A DNA stretch of 64,000 bases from UHGV virus genome UHGV-0293664; one strand, 5' to 3'. Made by a program: the position numbers and the translations under genes. This document shows, piece after piece, positions 55,961-63,690 of the stretch. Within the stretch, counting starts at the first letter, position 1. Every line of letters begins with the position of its first letter. The notes under the pieces were generated by a model, which had not been told where the DNA came from, did no database searches, and saw only the letters and a program-made list of their open reading frames with translations. This DNA comes from a virus.

Positions 55961-56206
55961 ATGGCAGCACTAATCACCAAGTATTATGCCCCTACTAACA
56001 CCAAAAGCGCCCGTATCATGGTAAAAGGCTTCGGACGTAAAAAGGTTTACACCTGGGATTATGCCTTAGATACGGAAGACAACTACACCAACGCGATGAC
56101 CGATTTTATTAATGAGCTGAACACGCGGATCTTGACAAATTATAAAATTACCGATATTGCCTATATAGGGGAAGGCGGGATCTGTTTTGTCGGTATCGTC
56201 AAATAA
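55961..56206 (+). CDS. Small hypothetical protein
   Basis: 81 aa; AAGGAG RBS. Confidence 0.5.
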   Translation: MAALITKYYAPTNTKSARIMVKGFGRKKVYTWDYALDTEDNYTNAMTDFINELNTRILTNYKITDIAYIGEGGICFVGIVK

Positions 56207-56281
56207 ACTATTTTTTCGGTGGTCCTGGCTGCAGGGCCATCTATAAAGATAATTTATTAACACCGTGAAAGGAGAAAGTAC

Positions 56282-56635
56282 ATGATCAGCGGGGCTAGTT
56301 TTATTATTGGCGCTATTGCTACGGCTTTAATTGTAAACAAGATCCAATCTAAAAACGAAAAAGATAGCAACGCGCTCACAGAATACCCATTTTGGGTATT
56401 CAACGACAACGAAGACTACATAATCAAGTACAAGAATGAGAAGGGCGACCAGGTAACACCGCGACCGATCCCGGCTTACAAAATGCAAGAAACACTATAC
56501 CGCCTAAAGGCTGGAGGCGCAAAAATCGTAGACTTTTGGGGATATGATTGCAAGGATCAGGAGGTTATAAAACGGCGTATCCGGGCGATTCAGGCAAATA
56601 TCGAGATCAGTAAGGGGGGAAGTTATGAAAATTAA
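56282..56635 (+). CDS. Small membrane-anchored protein
   Basis: 117 aa; N-terminal hydrophobic helix; AAAGGAGAAAG RBS. Confidence 0.5.
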   Translation: MISGASFIIGAIATALIVNKIQSKNEKDSNALTEYPFWVFNDNEDYIIKYKNEKGDQVTPRPIPAYKMQETLYRLKAGGAKIVDFWGYDCKDQEVIKRRIRAIQANIEISKGGSYEN

Positions 56636-56822
56636 TTTCGAAAAAATTGTAAAGCGCCCCCACGATTCCGAAGAGCTGCCGGAACGCCGCCAGCGCAACA
56701 ATAAACTGAATAAACCGAAAAGATTTGGGAAGATCTGGCGGAATCATTATGATCGTAAACTGCCTGGCCTACTCTTGGAACGTGAACGACAGGCGGAACG
56801 ATACCGCCACAAAGGCAAATAA
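56625..56822 (+). CDS. Small basic protein
   Basis: 65 aa; Arg/Lys-rich; overlaps upstream gene by 11 nt. Confidence 0.45.
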   Translation: MKINFEKIVKRPHDSEELPERRQRNNKLNKPKRFGKIWRNHYDRKLPGLLLERERQAERYRHKGK

Positions 56823-56828
56823 CAACCA

Positions 56829-56858
56829 ACGCCCCGCCATTGTGCGGGGCTTTTTATT
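56829..56858 (+). terminator. Rho-independent terminator
   Basis: CCCCGC...GCGGGG hairpin then TTTTTATTT. Confidence 0.75.
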
Positions 56859-57002
56859 TCTATCCTACGAATAGCGCCCCTGGTTGGTCCCACAAACGCC
56901 ACAAAAGCCCCTACCTATGCAATCCCCTTTCTTAGTCTGAAAACATCGCCCAGGGCCGTTTTATGGTGTTAAAAATAGCATTGACAGTGATTTTATTTAA
57001 AG

Positions 57003-57031
57003 CTTGACACCTTGGAATAGCCCAGATATAC
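57003..57031 (+). promoter_or_regulatory. sigma70-like promoter
   Basis: TTGACA, 17-nt spacer, TATACT. Confidence 0.6.
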
Positions 57032-57067
57032 TAACCACATCAAAGCAAGAAGGAAGGAGTAAACGCC

Positions 57068-57328
57068 ATGCGTAAATTAAAAAATTTTGATAAAGTCGAT
57101 ATTGTCCTGAATAATTTTTACTACTGCAATAATAAAGCCGTTTGGTGGCGTGATAGTTCCACCGATAAAGTTAAAGCGCGCTTTCTCCAGGGGCACTGGC
57201 AAGGCCGCCCAGTGATTAAGATCCTGGGGCAATCGGTAGCGTTTAAAAATTGCCGCCGTGTTGATGACGTTGAAGAGATTCTAAACATTTTACGCCACAA
57301 TAATTTAAAAAATAGTGTTGACAAGTAA
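57068..57328 (+). CDS. Small hypothetical protein
   Basis: 86 aa; AGGAAGGAG RBS. Confidence 0.5.
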   Translation: MRKLKNFDKVDIVLNNFYYCNNKAVWWRDSSTDKVKARFLQGHWQGRPVIKILGQSVAFKNCRRVDDVEEILNILRHNNLKNSVDK

Positions 57329-57346
57329 ATCTTGATAAGTATACTT
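57318..57346 (+). promoter_or_regulatory. sigma70-like promoter
   Basis: TTGACA, 17-nt spacer, ATACTT; followed by GGCGGGAAAACTTCCCGCC leader palindrome. Confidence 0.55.
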
Positions 57347-57402
57347 AAACACACAGGCGGGAAAACTTCCCGCCACTAACAAAGAAAATAGGAGAAAATA
57401 TC

Positions 57403-58026
57403 ATGACCACCGTTAACATTACCGCAGGTTACAATTTATCTTTCGACGTGCTGACCGACGAACAAAAAGAAAAAGCTATTGAAATGGTCCGCGAAAGAGA
57501 AGAACACAGCGGAGAGGATTTTTTCGCAGAAAGTGTAATTGAATATTATAAAGAACAAGTTTTTCCAGAGTACGGCCTTGAAGATACCGAAGTACATTGG
57601 TCCGGATTTTGGTGTCAAGGCGATGGCGCGTCAATTAGTGCTGAAAATGTAGACTTAGAAAAATTCTTGCGTAAAGTAAAGGCCCTGACCAAGTTCCGAT
57701 CAATTCGTCACTTGTTCGGCACAATGCACGATGGCGAGTTATCAGCCAGTATTGAACGCGACAAGTACAGCCATTACAGCCATGAAAACACTGTAAACGG
57801 ATACATTGATACCACCTGGATAAATCTGACCGCCAAACAAGAAAACAAAGTGGAAGACCTGGAAGAGCTGATCACCGAGACGGCACGGGAGCTATCCCGT
57901 AAGGTTTACGTAGACCTGGAGGAGGCCTATCTAGAACAGTTCACTACCGAAAACCTGATCGATCTTATTAAGGCTAATGATTGGCGGTTTGATGTAGATG
58001 AACATGGCGAGATGACTTTTTCATAA
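57403..58026 (+). CDS. Acidic protein, candidate anti-restriction or DNA-mimic protein
   Basis: 207 aa; Asp/Glu-rich throughout; no confident family assignment. Confidence 0.55.
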   Translation: MTTVNITAGYNLSFDVLTDEQKEKAIEMVREREEHSGEDFFAESVIEYYKEQVFPEYGLEDTEVHWSGFWCQGDGASISAENVDLEKFLRKVKALTKFRSIRHLFGTMHDGELSASIERDKYSHYSHENTVNGYIDTTWINLTAKQENKVEDLEELITETARELSRKVYVDLEEAYLEQFTTENLIDLIKANDWRFDVDEHGEMTFS

Positions 58027-58034
58027 ATAAAGTG

Positions 58035-58062
58035 TTGCAATAACCTAAAAACCTGCTATATT
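58035..58062 (+). promoter_or_regulatory. sigma70-like promoter
   Basis: TTGCAA, 16-nt spacer, TATATT; followed by GGGGCAAGACGTTTGCCCC hairpin. Confidence 0.45.
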
Positions 58063-58115
58063 AAAACTCAAGGGGCAAGACGTTTGCCCCCACACAAAAC
58101 AAAGAGGAAAACATC

Positions 58116-58496
58116 ATGAAAAACACTACTAAAGCTATTGACACCGTTATGTTTAACCTGGTTACCTTTCGCGAGGATATGAAAGATCTTCCGCGTGAAA
58201 CAGTGTGCGACCATATCGAAAACTATCGCAAACTAATCAAAAAGTTGCCTTTAAAACGTGATCAGTATGCGGCTAACGCCATGCTTAATGCCATGATCAA
58301 AAAGATGATCCAGTGTGATTTAACTCTGGCCTATGATTATGCAGGTGGTCGTTTTGCAGTATACAATCAGCCCGTGCCTGGTATGAGCACCACAGAAGAA
58401 TTGCACGCGTTAAATCTAAAACAAGACGTGTGGGATAGCATGCCTCGCGTGGTGGTATGGGTAGAAAGCGGGAAGATTTACGGCGATAATTTTTAA
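58116..58496 (+). CDS. Hypothetical protein
   Basis: 126 aa; AAGAGGAAAAC RBS. Confidence 0.55.
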   Translation: MKNTTKAIDTVMFNLVTFREDMKDLPRETVCDHIENYRKLIKKLPLKRDQYAANAMLNAMIKKMIQCDLTLAYDYAGGRFAVYNQPVPGMSTTEELHALNLKQDVWDSMPRVVVWVESGKIYGDNF

Positions 58497-58504
58497 TCAG
58501 ATAA

Positions 58505-58538
58505 CAGGCGGCGGCATATTTGCCGCCGCCTTATTGTT
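58505..58538 (+). terminator. Rho-independent terminator
   Basis: GGCGGCGGCA-TATT-TGCCGCCGCC hairpin then T-rich tract. Confidence 0.75.
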
Positions 58539-58566
58539 AAACAGAACTGCAAAAGAGGTACATAGA

Positions 58567-58938
58567 ATGGAATTTATTATTTTGGCTGTATTGGTTGCCT
58601 TGTTTAACGCCTGGATTGCTGGCAAGATGGGCAGATCCGCCTTTTTATGGTTTATTATATCTATTTTCCTGGGGGTGGTTGCAACTATTGTATTGGTTAT
58701 CCTTGCAATTGTTGACAAGGGGAATAATAGAAAGGGTAAAGTATTTTCAGACCTGTACGACGCTCAAACGTTTGTCAACGCATATTATAGTGATCTTCCA
58801 GTCTCCCTACGCTGCAGCCTGGCACAACAAGTTTTCGATGAGGCTAAAACCAGAGATCAAGCCCATGAGATATGTTTAACTGAGGCGGATCGCCTATTTG
58901 AGAGGAATAGAAAATATGTGGGCCAACCGTTTAAATAA
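58567..58938 (+). CDS. Membrane protein with two transmembrane helices
   Basis: 123 aa from ATG 58567 with AGAGG RBS; two long hydrophobic segments. Confidence 0.5.
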   Translation: MEFIILAVLVALFNAWIAGKMGRSAFLWFIISIFLGVVATIVLVILAIVDKGNNRKGKVFSDLYDAQTFVNAYYSDLPVSLRCSLAQQVFDEAKTRDQAHEICLTEADRLFERNRKYVGQPFK

Positions 58939-59161
58939 TGCCACGTTAATTAATCCCTTTAGTGAAGATTTGAAGCCAGCCGCCTGGCGTGATGGATTCA
59001 ATACCGAACGCTTTATTTTCAGGCCTGATCTTGAGGAATTTTATAACAATGGATCGAACAACGACAGAGATAATTTTTCTTGTGATGTGCGTGGTGATGG
59101 TACTCCTGGGGGCCATTGTAAACCACGTCACTACTACCAGGGGGAAAGGGGGAGACGATGA
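58916..59161 (+). CDS. Small hypothetical protein
   Basis: 81 aa from ATG 58916; overlaps upstream gene end. Confidence 0.4.
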   Translation: MWANRLNNATLINPFSEDLKPAAWRDGFNTERFIFRPDLEEFYNNGSNNDRDNFSCDVRGDGTPGGHCKPRHYYQGERGRR

Positions 59162-59277
59162 CACCCAAGGATAAGCCACGCACCAATAAGGCGCGCCGTG
59201 TTATGGTGTGGCTGGAGATCATCGCCCTTGAAATATTGCTAGGCGTAGGGATGTACTTTATCGCTGTAAGTAACTAA
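59158..59277 (+). CDS. Small hydrophobic peptide
   Basis: 39 aa ORF below track cutoff; GGGGGAGA RBS; ATGA overlap; one hydrophobic helix. Confidence 0.35.
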   Translation: MTPKDKPRTNKARRVMVWLEIIALEILLGVGMYFIAVSN

Positions 59278-59279
59278 GA

Positions 59280-59315
59280 ACGGCCCCCCGATCATGGGGG
59301 CCTATCTTTAAAAAA
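59280..59315 (+). terminator. Rho-independent terminator
   Basis: GGCCCCC...GGGGGCC hairpin, then A-run and T-run. Confidence 0.65.
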
Positions 59316-59332
59316 ATTTTTCTTCCGGGGTG

Positions 59333-59361
59333 TTGCAATCCGGTCCGGAATGTGGATAATA
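59333..59361 (+). promoter_or_regulatory. sigma70-like promoter
   Basis: TTGCAA, 17-nt spacer, ATAATA; TGTGGATAA overlaps the -10. Confidence 0.45.
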
Positions 59362-59415
59362 ACAATCAACGGGGAGCTAATCCCACCACCACAAAAACCA
59401 GAAAGGAGAAACAAA

Positions 59416-59616
59416 ATGAGCAACAATATCCGCGTTATTAACTTCAAAAAAGAAGAAAAAATTGCCGTGCTGATTGACGGTCAAGAAATCTTCAAGGGCG
59501 ACTATGAAGATCATCAAACGGCGATTAGTATCACCCGCGTGATTGGTTACCATAATTTCTACCCCCAAGGTGCTGAGGCAGCAGTTAAACGAATCAAAGA
59601 GATTGTAGGCCTGTAA
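59416..59616 (+). CDS. Small hypothetical protein
   Basis: 66 aa from ATG 59416 with AAAGGAGA RBS. Confidence 0.5.
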   Translation: MSNNIRVINFKKEEKIAVLIDGQEIFKGDYEDHQTAISITRVIGYHNFYPQGAEAAVKRIKEIVGL

Positions 59617-59619
59617 AAT

Positions 59620-59666
59620 TTATTTTTAGATGGCCTTGACTCCGGGGGCCATCAATAAAGTAAATT
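59620..59666 (+). promoter_or_regulatory. Promoter with -35 inside palindromic operator, copy 3
   Basis: GATGGCC-TTGACT-N-GGCCATC then TAAATT. Confidence 0.55.
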
Positions 59667-59708
59667 TAAACCCTGTTAAAATAATCAGTGCAAAAAGGAG
59701 TAATGATC

Positions 59709-60008
59709 ATGTTTATACCCGCCAATAATCTTTATTTCTTTGATGGTCAAATCGTAGACGGCGTGGAAGTTGAGATCACCGGGTGCCCTGGTGGTCAGGC
59801 TATGACTTTTCGGAATAATGCTTTTGATGATTCTCATATCGTTATGAGAATGGAAGTTACGAAGCTGGACGACAAGAAAACACTTATTGACTATTCTGTG
59901 AAAGATCATCCAGACTACCGCATGATCCATGGCGATTTGTGCAGTGTTGACCGTGACAAGGTGGGCGGCATTGTGATCGCTATTGTGAACGATGTTTTCT
60001 CAAACTAA
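59709..60008 (+). CDS. Small hypothetical protein
   Basis: 99 aa from ATG 59709, 8 nt after AAAGGAG; ATG 59703 also possible. Confidence 0.5.
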   Translation: MFIPANNLYFFDGQIVDGVEVEITGCPGGQAMTFRNNAFDDSHIVMRMEVTKLDDKKTLIDYSVKDHPDYRMIHGDLCSVDRDKVGGIVIAIVNDVFSN

Positions 60009-60025
60009 TTTCAGCAGGTGATTTT

Positions 60026-60376
60026 ATGAAAGTCAAACTATATTACCTTAATGAGCTTAACCCCCTTGCCCAGGTCCGCGCCCTGGCTAATACCTTGATT
60101 TGTGAGAAATCTGCATATTGTGTTGAGCTTAACGCCATGCGTGAACGTCTCAAAGGGGGTTACTTCGACATCCATGCTGCAATCAACGGCCTGAATATGG
60201 AATTTATACGCTTACGTAACAGCCGCCGGAATCTGGCAAGAATGGAACAAGATCCGGCCCACCTTCGTAAGCTGGTTATTGAAAATCATCTGATGTTTAA
60301 TGCCGAGGGTGATTATTACCATTTTCACCGCAAACGCTGGTACCGTGGCGGCAATACAGGCAAGAATGCAAAATAA
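60026..60376 (+). CDS. Hypothetical protein
   Basis: 116 aa; weak RBS. Confidence 0.45.
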   Translation: MKVKLYYLNELNPLAQVRALANTLICEKSAYCVELNAMRERLKGGYFDIHAAINGLNMEFIRLRNSRRNLARMEQDPAHLRKLVIENHLMFNAEGDYYHFHRKRWYRGGNTGKNAK

Positions 60377-60411
60377 GGCCCCAGGCAGGGCCTGCAGCGA
60401 TATAATCACAT

Positions 60412-60445
60412 AAAGGCTATGCGGTTGCATGGCCTTTATTATTTT
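60412..60445 (+). terminator. Rho-independent terminator
   Basis: AAAGGCTATGC...GCATGGCCTTT stem then ATTATTTT. Confidence 0.6.
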
Positions 60446-60493
60446 AGCGTTACAGCGACCCCCAAGGCGCTTAAAAAAATTTTAAAGAAGTAC

Positions 60494-60522
60494 TTGCATC
60501 AAGCCCTACAATATGGATAATA
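60494..60522 (+). promoter_or_regulatory. sigma70-like promoter
   Basis: TTGCAT, 17-nt spacer, ATAATA. Confidence 0.45.
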
Positions 60523-60577
60523 GGACGTGTCGGGGGGCGGCCCCCAATCATTAACCGGATAGATAGGAGTTAAAACC

Positions 60578-60862
60578 ATGGCTATTGTTACCGCTGGCGA
60601 TGTAGTAGAAATGGAAGCAAAATACTTAAAAGCGGGTATGCATATCCTACGCAACGATCTTGAACTGGTCCTGACAATGGTTGACTATAACCCAGGGCAA
60701 GATTATCCAAGTGTTGACTACTTTTTTAGGTATGTTGATGAAGAATTAAAAGAGGATGAGGCTTATCAGGGCGAATTCTGTAATTTCTTTTGCTCTGATG
60801 AGGTTGTAAAAGTTATCTATCAACCTGGCGTACCTTTCCCGTTGCACGCTATCAATAAATAA
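60578..60862 (+). CDS. Small acidic protein
   Basis: 94 aa; TAGGAG RBS. Confidence 0.5.
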   Translation: MAIVTAGDVVEMEAKYLKAGMHILRNDLELVLTMVDYNPGQDYPSVDYFFRYVDEELKEDEAYQGEFCNFFCSDEVVKVIYQPGVPFPLHAINK

Positions 60863-60917
60863 ACCTGGCGGGGCCGAAAAGGCCCCCAATTATGAAAATA
60901 AAGAGAGGTAAATCATC

Positions 60918-61151
60918 ATGATGGAACAAATTAAACGCGCTGAGGCTATTAATGGCAATGTGATCTACTTTGTCAGCAAAAACGAAAAAGGCGTACCATA
61001 TGCGGCGGTAATAGTACAGCCTGACGGTGATTATTGGTTTACTGTGTACGGCGCTTATTCTTTCGGGCGTCCGGTGCATGATAGAATTTTGAAAGTAGCG
61101 AACCCCACCGGGAAGAATATCACGGCAGAAAAATTTTTTGAAAATAATTGA
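60918..61151 (+). CDS. Small hypothetical protein
   Basis: 77 aa; AGAGAGG RBS. Confidence 0.5.
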   Translation: MMEQIKRAEAINGNVIYFVSKNEKGVPYAAVIVQPDGDYWFTVYGAYSFGRPVHDRILKVANPTGKNITAEKFFENN

Positions 61152-61176
61152 CAACGTTTTAAATTAGTTTAAGATG
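61148..61176 (+). promoter_or_regulatory. sigma70-like promoter
   Basis: TTGACA then TAAGAT; shares TAAGATGTATCACGTAGGG with promoter at 61997. Confidence 0.5.
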
Positions 61177-61232
61177 TATCACGTAGGGGAGACAAGCGCC
61201 CTATTAAACGCAACAGGAAGAGGATAAACACC

Positions 61233-61472
61233 ATGAAAAGCAATAAAGGTTATAACGGTTACAAAAACAAAACTCATTGGAATGTAAGCCTTTGGATTAA
61301 TAACGATGAGTCATTGTACCGGTTGGCCCAAGGCTTTATCAACGCTAATGCTAATCGTAATGATGCGGCGCGGGATATGATGCTTTTTCTGGAGCTAACC
61401 GGACAAGATAAGACCCCGGACGGCTTCAAGTACAGCACTACGGCGATCCGTGCCGCGATGGTTGGAATGTGA
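61233..61472 (+). CDS. Small hypothetical protein
   Basis: 79 aa; GGAAGAGGA RBS. Confidence 0.5.
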   Translation: MKSNKGYNGYKNKTHWNVSLWINNDESLYRLAQGFINANANRNDAARDMMLFLELTGQDKTPDGFKYSTTAIRAAMVGM

Positions 61473-61481
61473 TAAAATAGC

Positions 61482-61509
61482 TTGACACTGTTTTTTATTC
61501 TGGTATAGT
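61482..61509 (+). promoter_or_regulatory. sigma70-like promoter
   Basis: TTGACA, 16-nt spacer, TATAGT. Confidence 0.55.
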
Positions 61510-61651
61510 TTATCACATAGGACGGCACGACAGAGTACTACGGATTCGAGGGTGTCCGGTGCGGTGAACTTGCTCGCGACCTTAAGGAAGATCCAGACCT
61601 GGAAGATCTGCCCATCACCGTAAACGGGAAAACTTACGTAAACCGTTAACC

Positions 61652-61786
61652 ATGAGAAAGATAATCATCACCTTGGGGATTGTGGCGGGATCGCTGGCGC
61701 TCTTTCCCCTTATGGTTAGATATGTGCTGATCAGTATTGTCCTGATAGTTAGTGATTTATTGGAAACGGTTGGCACCTTGTTTTAA
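61652..61786 (+). CDS. Small hydrophobic peptide
   Basis: 44 aa ORF below track cutoff; almost entirely hydrophobic; weak RBS. Confidence 0.3.
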   Translation: MRKIIITLGIVAGSLALFPLMVRYVLISIVLIVSDLLETVGTLF

Positions 61787-61798
61787 AGAGCGGTAAAA

Positions 61799-61990
61799 AT
61801 GAATATCGAACAAGTTAGAAAGGTATTGGCGGTACTGCGTTATCATAATCATAGAAAGGTCATAGACGATCCTGATTATGTCGATTCAAGCCTGGAAGGG
61901 GATACACTACAAGCCATAAGCAACATGCAAGAATTGCTAAAGCGCATGACAGAGAAAAACAGATCTGATTATATAGGTGACGAGATCTAA
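61799..61990 (+). CDS. Small hypothetical protein
   Basis: 63 aa; weak RBS. Confidence 0.4.
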   Translation: MNIEQVRKVLAVLRYHNHRKVIDDPDYVDSSLEGDTLQAISNMQELLKRMTEKNRSDYIGDEI

Positions 61991-61996
61991 AATAGC

Positions 61997-62024
61997 TTGC
62001 ACAATGTATCTGATAGTGTAAGAT
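61997..62024 (+). promoter_or_regulatory. sigma70-like promoter
   Basis: TTGCAC then TAAGAT; paralogous to promoter at 61148. Confidence 0.45.
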
Positions 62025-62074
62025 GTATCACGTAGGGCGGCAATAGTGCCGCTCACAACTGGAAGGAAAACACC

Positions 62075-62278
62075 ATGACTACAGCTAACCGCCTGATCGC
62101 CGTCCTGAACAAAGCAAAGGCTAACCGCCTGGATGTTCAAATCAAAGAGCAAGCAAATGGCGAGATCCTTGCTACGGTGTCCGATGGCGGTTATGTATCG
62201 GAATCATTTTTATCAGGGAGCTTAGATCATCTTGTTTGGAAATTAGAAATTATCGTGGAGGATATGCAGATCATCTAA
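62075..62278 (+). CDS. Small hypothetical protein
   Basis: 67 aa; GGAAGGA RBS. Confidence 0.5.
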   Translation: MTTANRLIAVLNKAKANRLDVQIKEQANGEILATVSDGGYVSESFLSGSLDHLVWKLEIIVEDMQII

Positions 62279-62283
62279 TCTTT

Positions 62284-62318
62284 ACAAAACAGGGCTTGTT
62301 TTTATCCTGTTTTTTGTT
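62284..62318 (+). terminator. Possible rho-independent terminator
   Basis: AAAACAGG...CCTGTTTT stem with long loop then TTTTTGTT. Confidence 0.4.
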
Positions 62319-62330
62319 ATACTTGTTTCA

Positions 62331-62378
62331 CGGCAGGCACCTGGCGACGGGGGGAGACAATCACCGTGGGTGCCTGTC
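62331..62378. repeat. GC-rich conserved element, copy 3 (inverted)
   Basis: Reverse complement aligns closely with 53655-53692; GGCAGGCACC...GGTGCCTGTC can form about a 10-bp stem. Confidence 0.6.
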
Positions 62379-62399
62379 ATGTAAGAACTATAAAAACCG

Positions 62400-62428
62400 T
62401 TGACATCTGCCAGGGGGTGGGGTAACAT
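62400..62428 (+). promoter_or_regulatory. sigma70-like promoter
   Basis: TTGACA, 17-nt spacer, TAACAT. Confidence 0.5.
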
Positions 62429-62482
62429 TTATCTTGAAGGGGCAAAAGTGCCCACACAACAACCAGAAGAGAGGAAAACATT

Positions 62483-62755
62483 ATGTCAAGCTGGATTAAT
62501 CAAGAAGTCGAATCACGTTTTAATGCTATTTGGGATCTCATCGAAAAAGAGGACGGAACATCAAGCCCCTACCTCAACAATTTGGAATTCCATTTTGTGG
62601 AAGCGATGAACGCAGAACATGATCACGAAGGTGGTGCGGATGAATTCGCTAAAGGATATGGCTTCAACAATGCCAACGAAATGATCGAGGCGGTTGTACT
62701 CCAGGCTGAGGAAGATTATCAATTAAAAACGCTTGAATTCTGCCGCCGTAAGTAA
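62483..62755 (+). CDS. Small acidic protein
   Basis: 90 aa; AGAGAGGAAAAC RBS. Confidence 0.5.
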   Translation: MSSWINQEVESRFNAIWDLIEKEDGTSSPYLNNLEFHFVEAMNAEHDHEGGADEFAKGYGFNNANEMIEAVVLQAEEDYQLKTLEFCRRK

Positions 62756-62817
62756 TAAGATAATGACACGGGCCAAAAGGCCCACTAAACAAAAACCACA
62801 TAAAGAGGAAAAACATC

Positions 62818-63081
62818 ATGAAACGCCTTGATCAGCTCAAATTAGTTCAATATATGGCTTATCGTGTTCTTGAAGTCCAGAAAGGTAGCAAAAAAGAGGT
62901 TTGCGAGAAAGCTTATAAGATCTTCACTCGCAAAAAAGATGACTGGATGCTACGCCAGACCAAAAAGGCTGACATCTTGGGGTACCTGGAAGAAGAGATC
63001 CGACTTGAAGAGCAAGAAGAGATCCGCCGTAGTGAGGCAGATTATCAGGCCGCTTGGGAAAACTGGATGAGCAACAAATAA
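62818..63081 (+). CDS. Small hypothetical protein
   Basis: 87 aa; AAGAGGAAAAAC RBS. Confidence 0.5.
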   Translation: MKRLDQLKLVQYMAYRVLEVQKGSKKEVCEKAYKIFTRKKDDWMLRQTKKADILGYLEEEIRLEEQEEIRRSEADYQAAWENWMSNK

Positions 63082-63100
63082 TACAACAAGGTGCACGGTC

Positions 63101-63117
63101 AGGGGCTTAAAGCCCCT
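63101..63117 (+). terminator. Hairpin, possible weak terminator
   Basis: AGGGGCT-TAA-AGCCCCT; no clear T-run; same core as 63663 hairpin. Confidence 0.35.
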
Positions 63118-63146
63118 TGATCACATAAAAATTATGCTATCCCTGG

Positions 63147-63175
63147 TTGACAGGGATCGGCAGTTTTGCTATATT
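63147..63175 (+). promoter_or_regulatory. sigma70-like promoter
   Basis: TTGACA, 17-nt spacer, TATATT. Confidence 0.6.
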
Positions 63176-63224
63176 CTTTTTTGAAGGGAAGTTGTAAGAA
63201 AATTAACTAAGAGGTAAAAACACC

Positions 63225-63644
63225 ATGAACATTAAATCTAATAATCCGGCATATAGCTTTGATAACGCTTTTTGTCACGGTCCGGCGGCGAAAGGATTCG
63301 AAATCGATGGTAAACTAATTATTGTCAATGTTGACGGGGAAGAGGTTGCAGTATATCCGGTGGCAGACGTAAAAAGCCGTTTACAATGCCGCATGGATGT
63401 TACCGCCTATCAGCTTGATCCGGTCCGCATAGTTGCCCTGGTCCTGGAGGAAGAAATTAAAGCCATGCACCATAGCAACAGGTTTATTGGTGACGCTCAG
63501 GATAATATGAAGGTGTGCCGCCATAAAGTTAATGAAGTGCTTAAAGAGTACGGCTATAAGGATTTAATGATCAAGCGTGATGAAAAATTCCGCTACCGTA
63601 ACGACCTGGCAAATCGGATTTTTGAAATATACGAATCATTATAA
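63225..63644 (+). CDS. Hypothetical protein
   Basis: 139 aa; AAGAGGTAAAAAC RBS. Confidence 0.55.
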   Translation: MNIKSNNPAYSFDNAFCHGPAAKGFEIDGKLIIVNVDGEEVAVYPVADVKSRLQCRMDVTAYQLDPVRIVALVLEEEIKAMHHSNRFIGDAQDNMKVCRHKVNEVLKEYGYKDLMIKRDEKFRYRNDLANRIFEIYESL

Positions 63645-63662
63645 TTTCTTAACTGAATTATC

Positions 63663-63690
63663 AAGGGGCTTAAAGGCCCCTTTCTTTTTG
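63663..63690 (+). terminator. Rho-independent terminator
   Basis: AAGGGGC-TTAAAG-GCCCCTT hairpin then TTTCTTTTT. Confidence 0.7.

Noticed and set aside
59351-59359. DnaA-box-like TGTGGATAA as an origin marker
   Set aside because: Single occurrence overlapping a promoter -10, with no cluster or adjacent AT-rich unwinding element.
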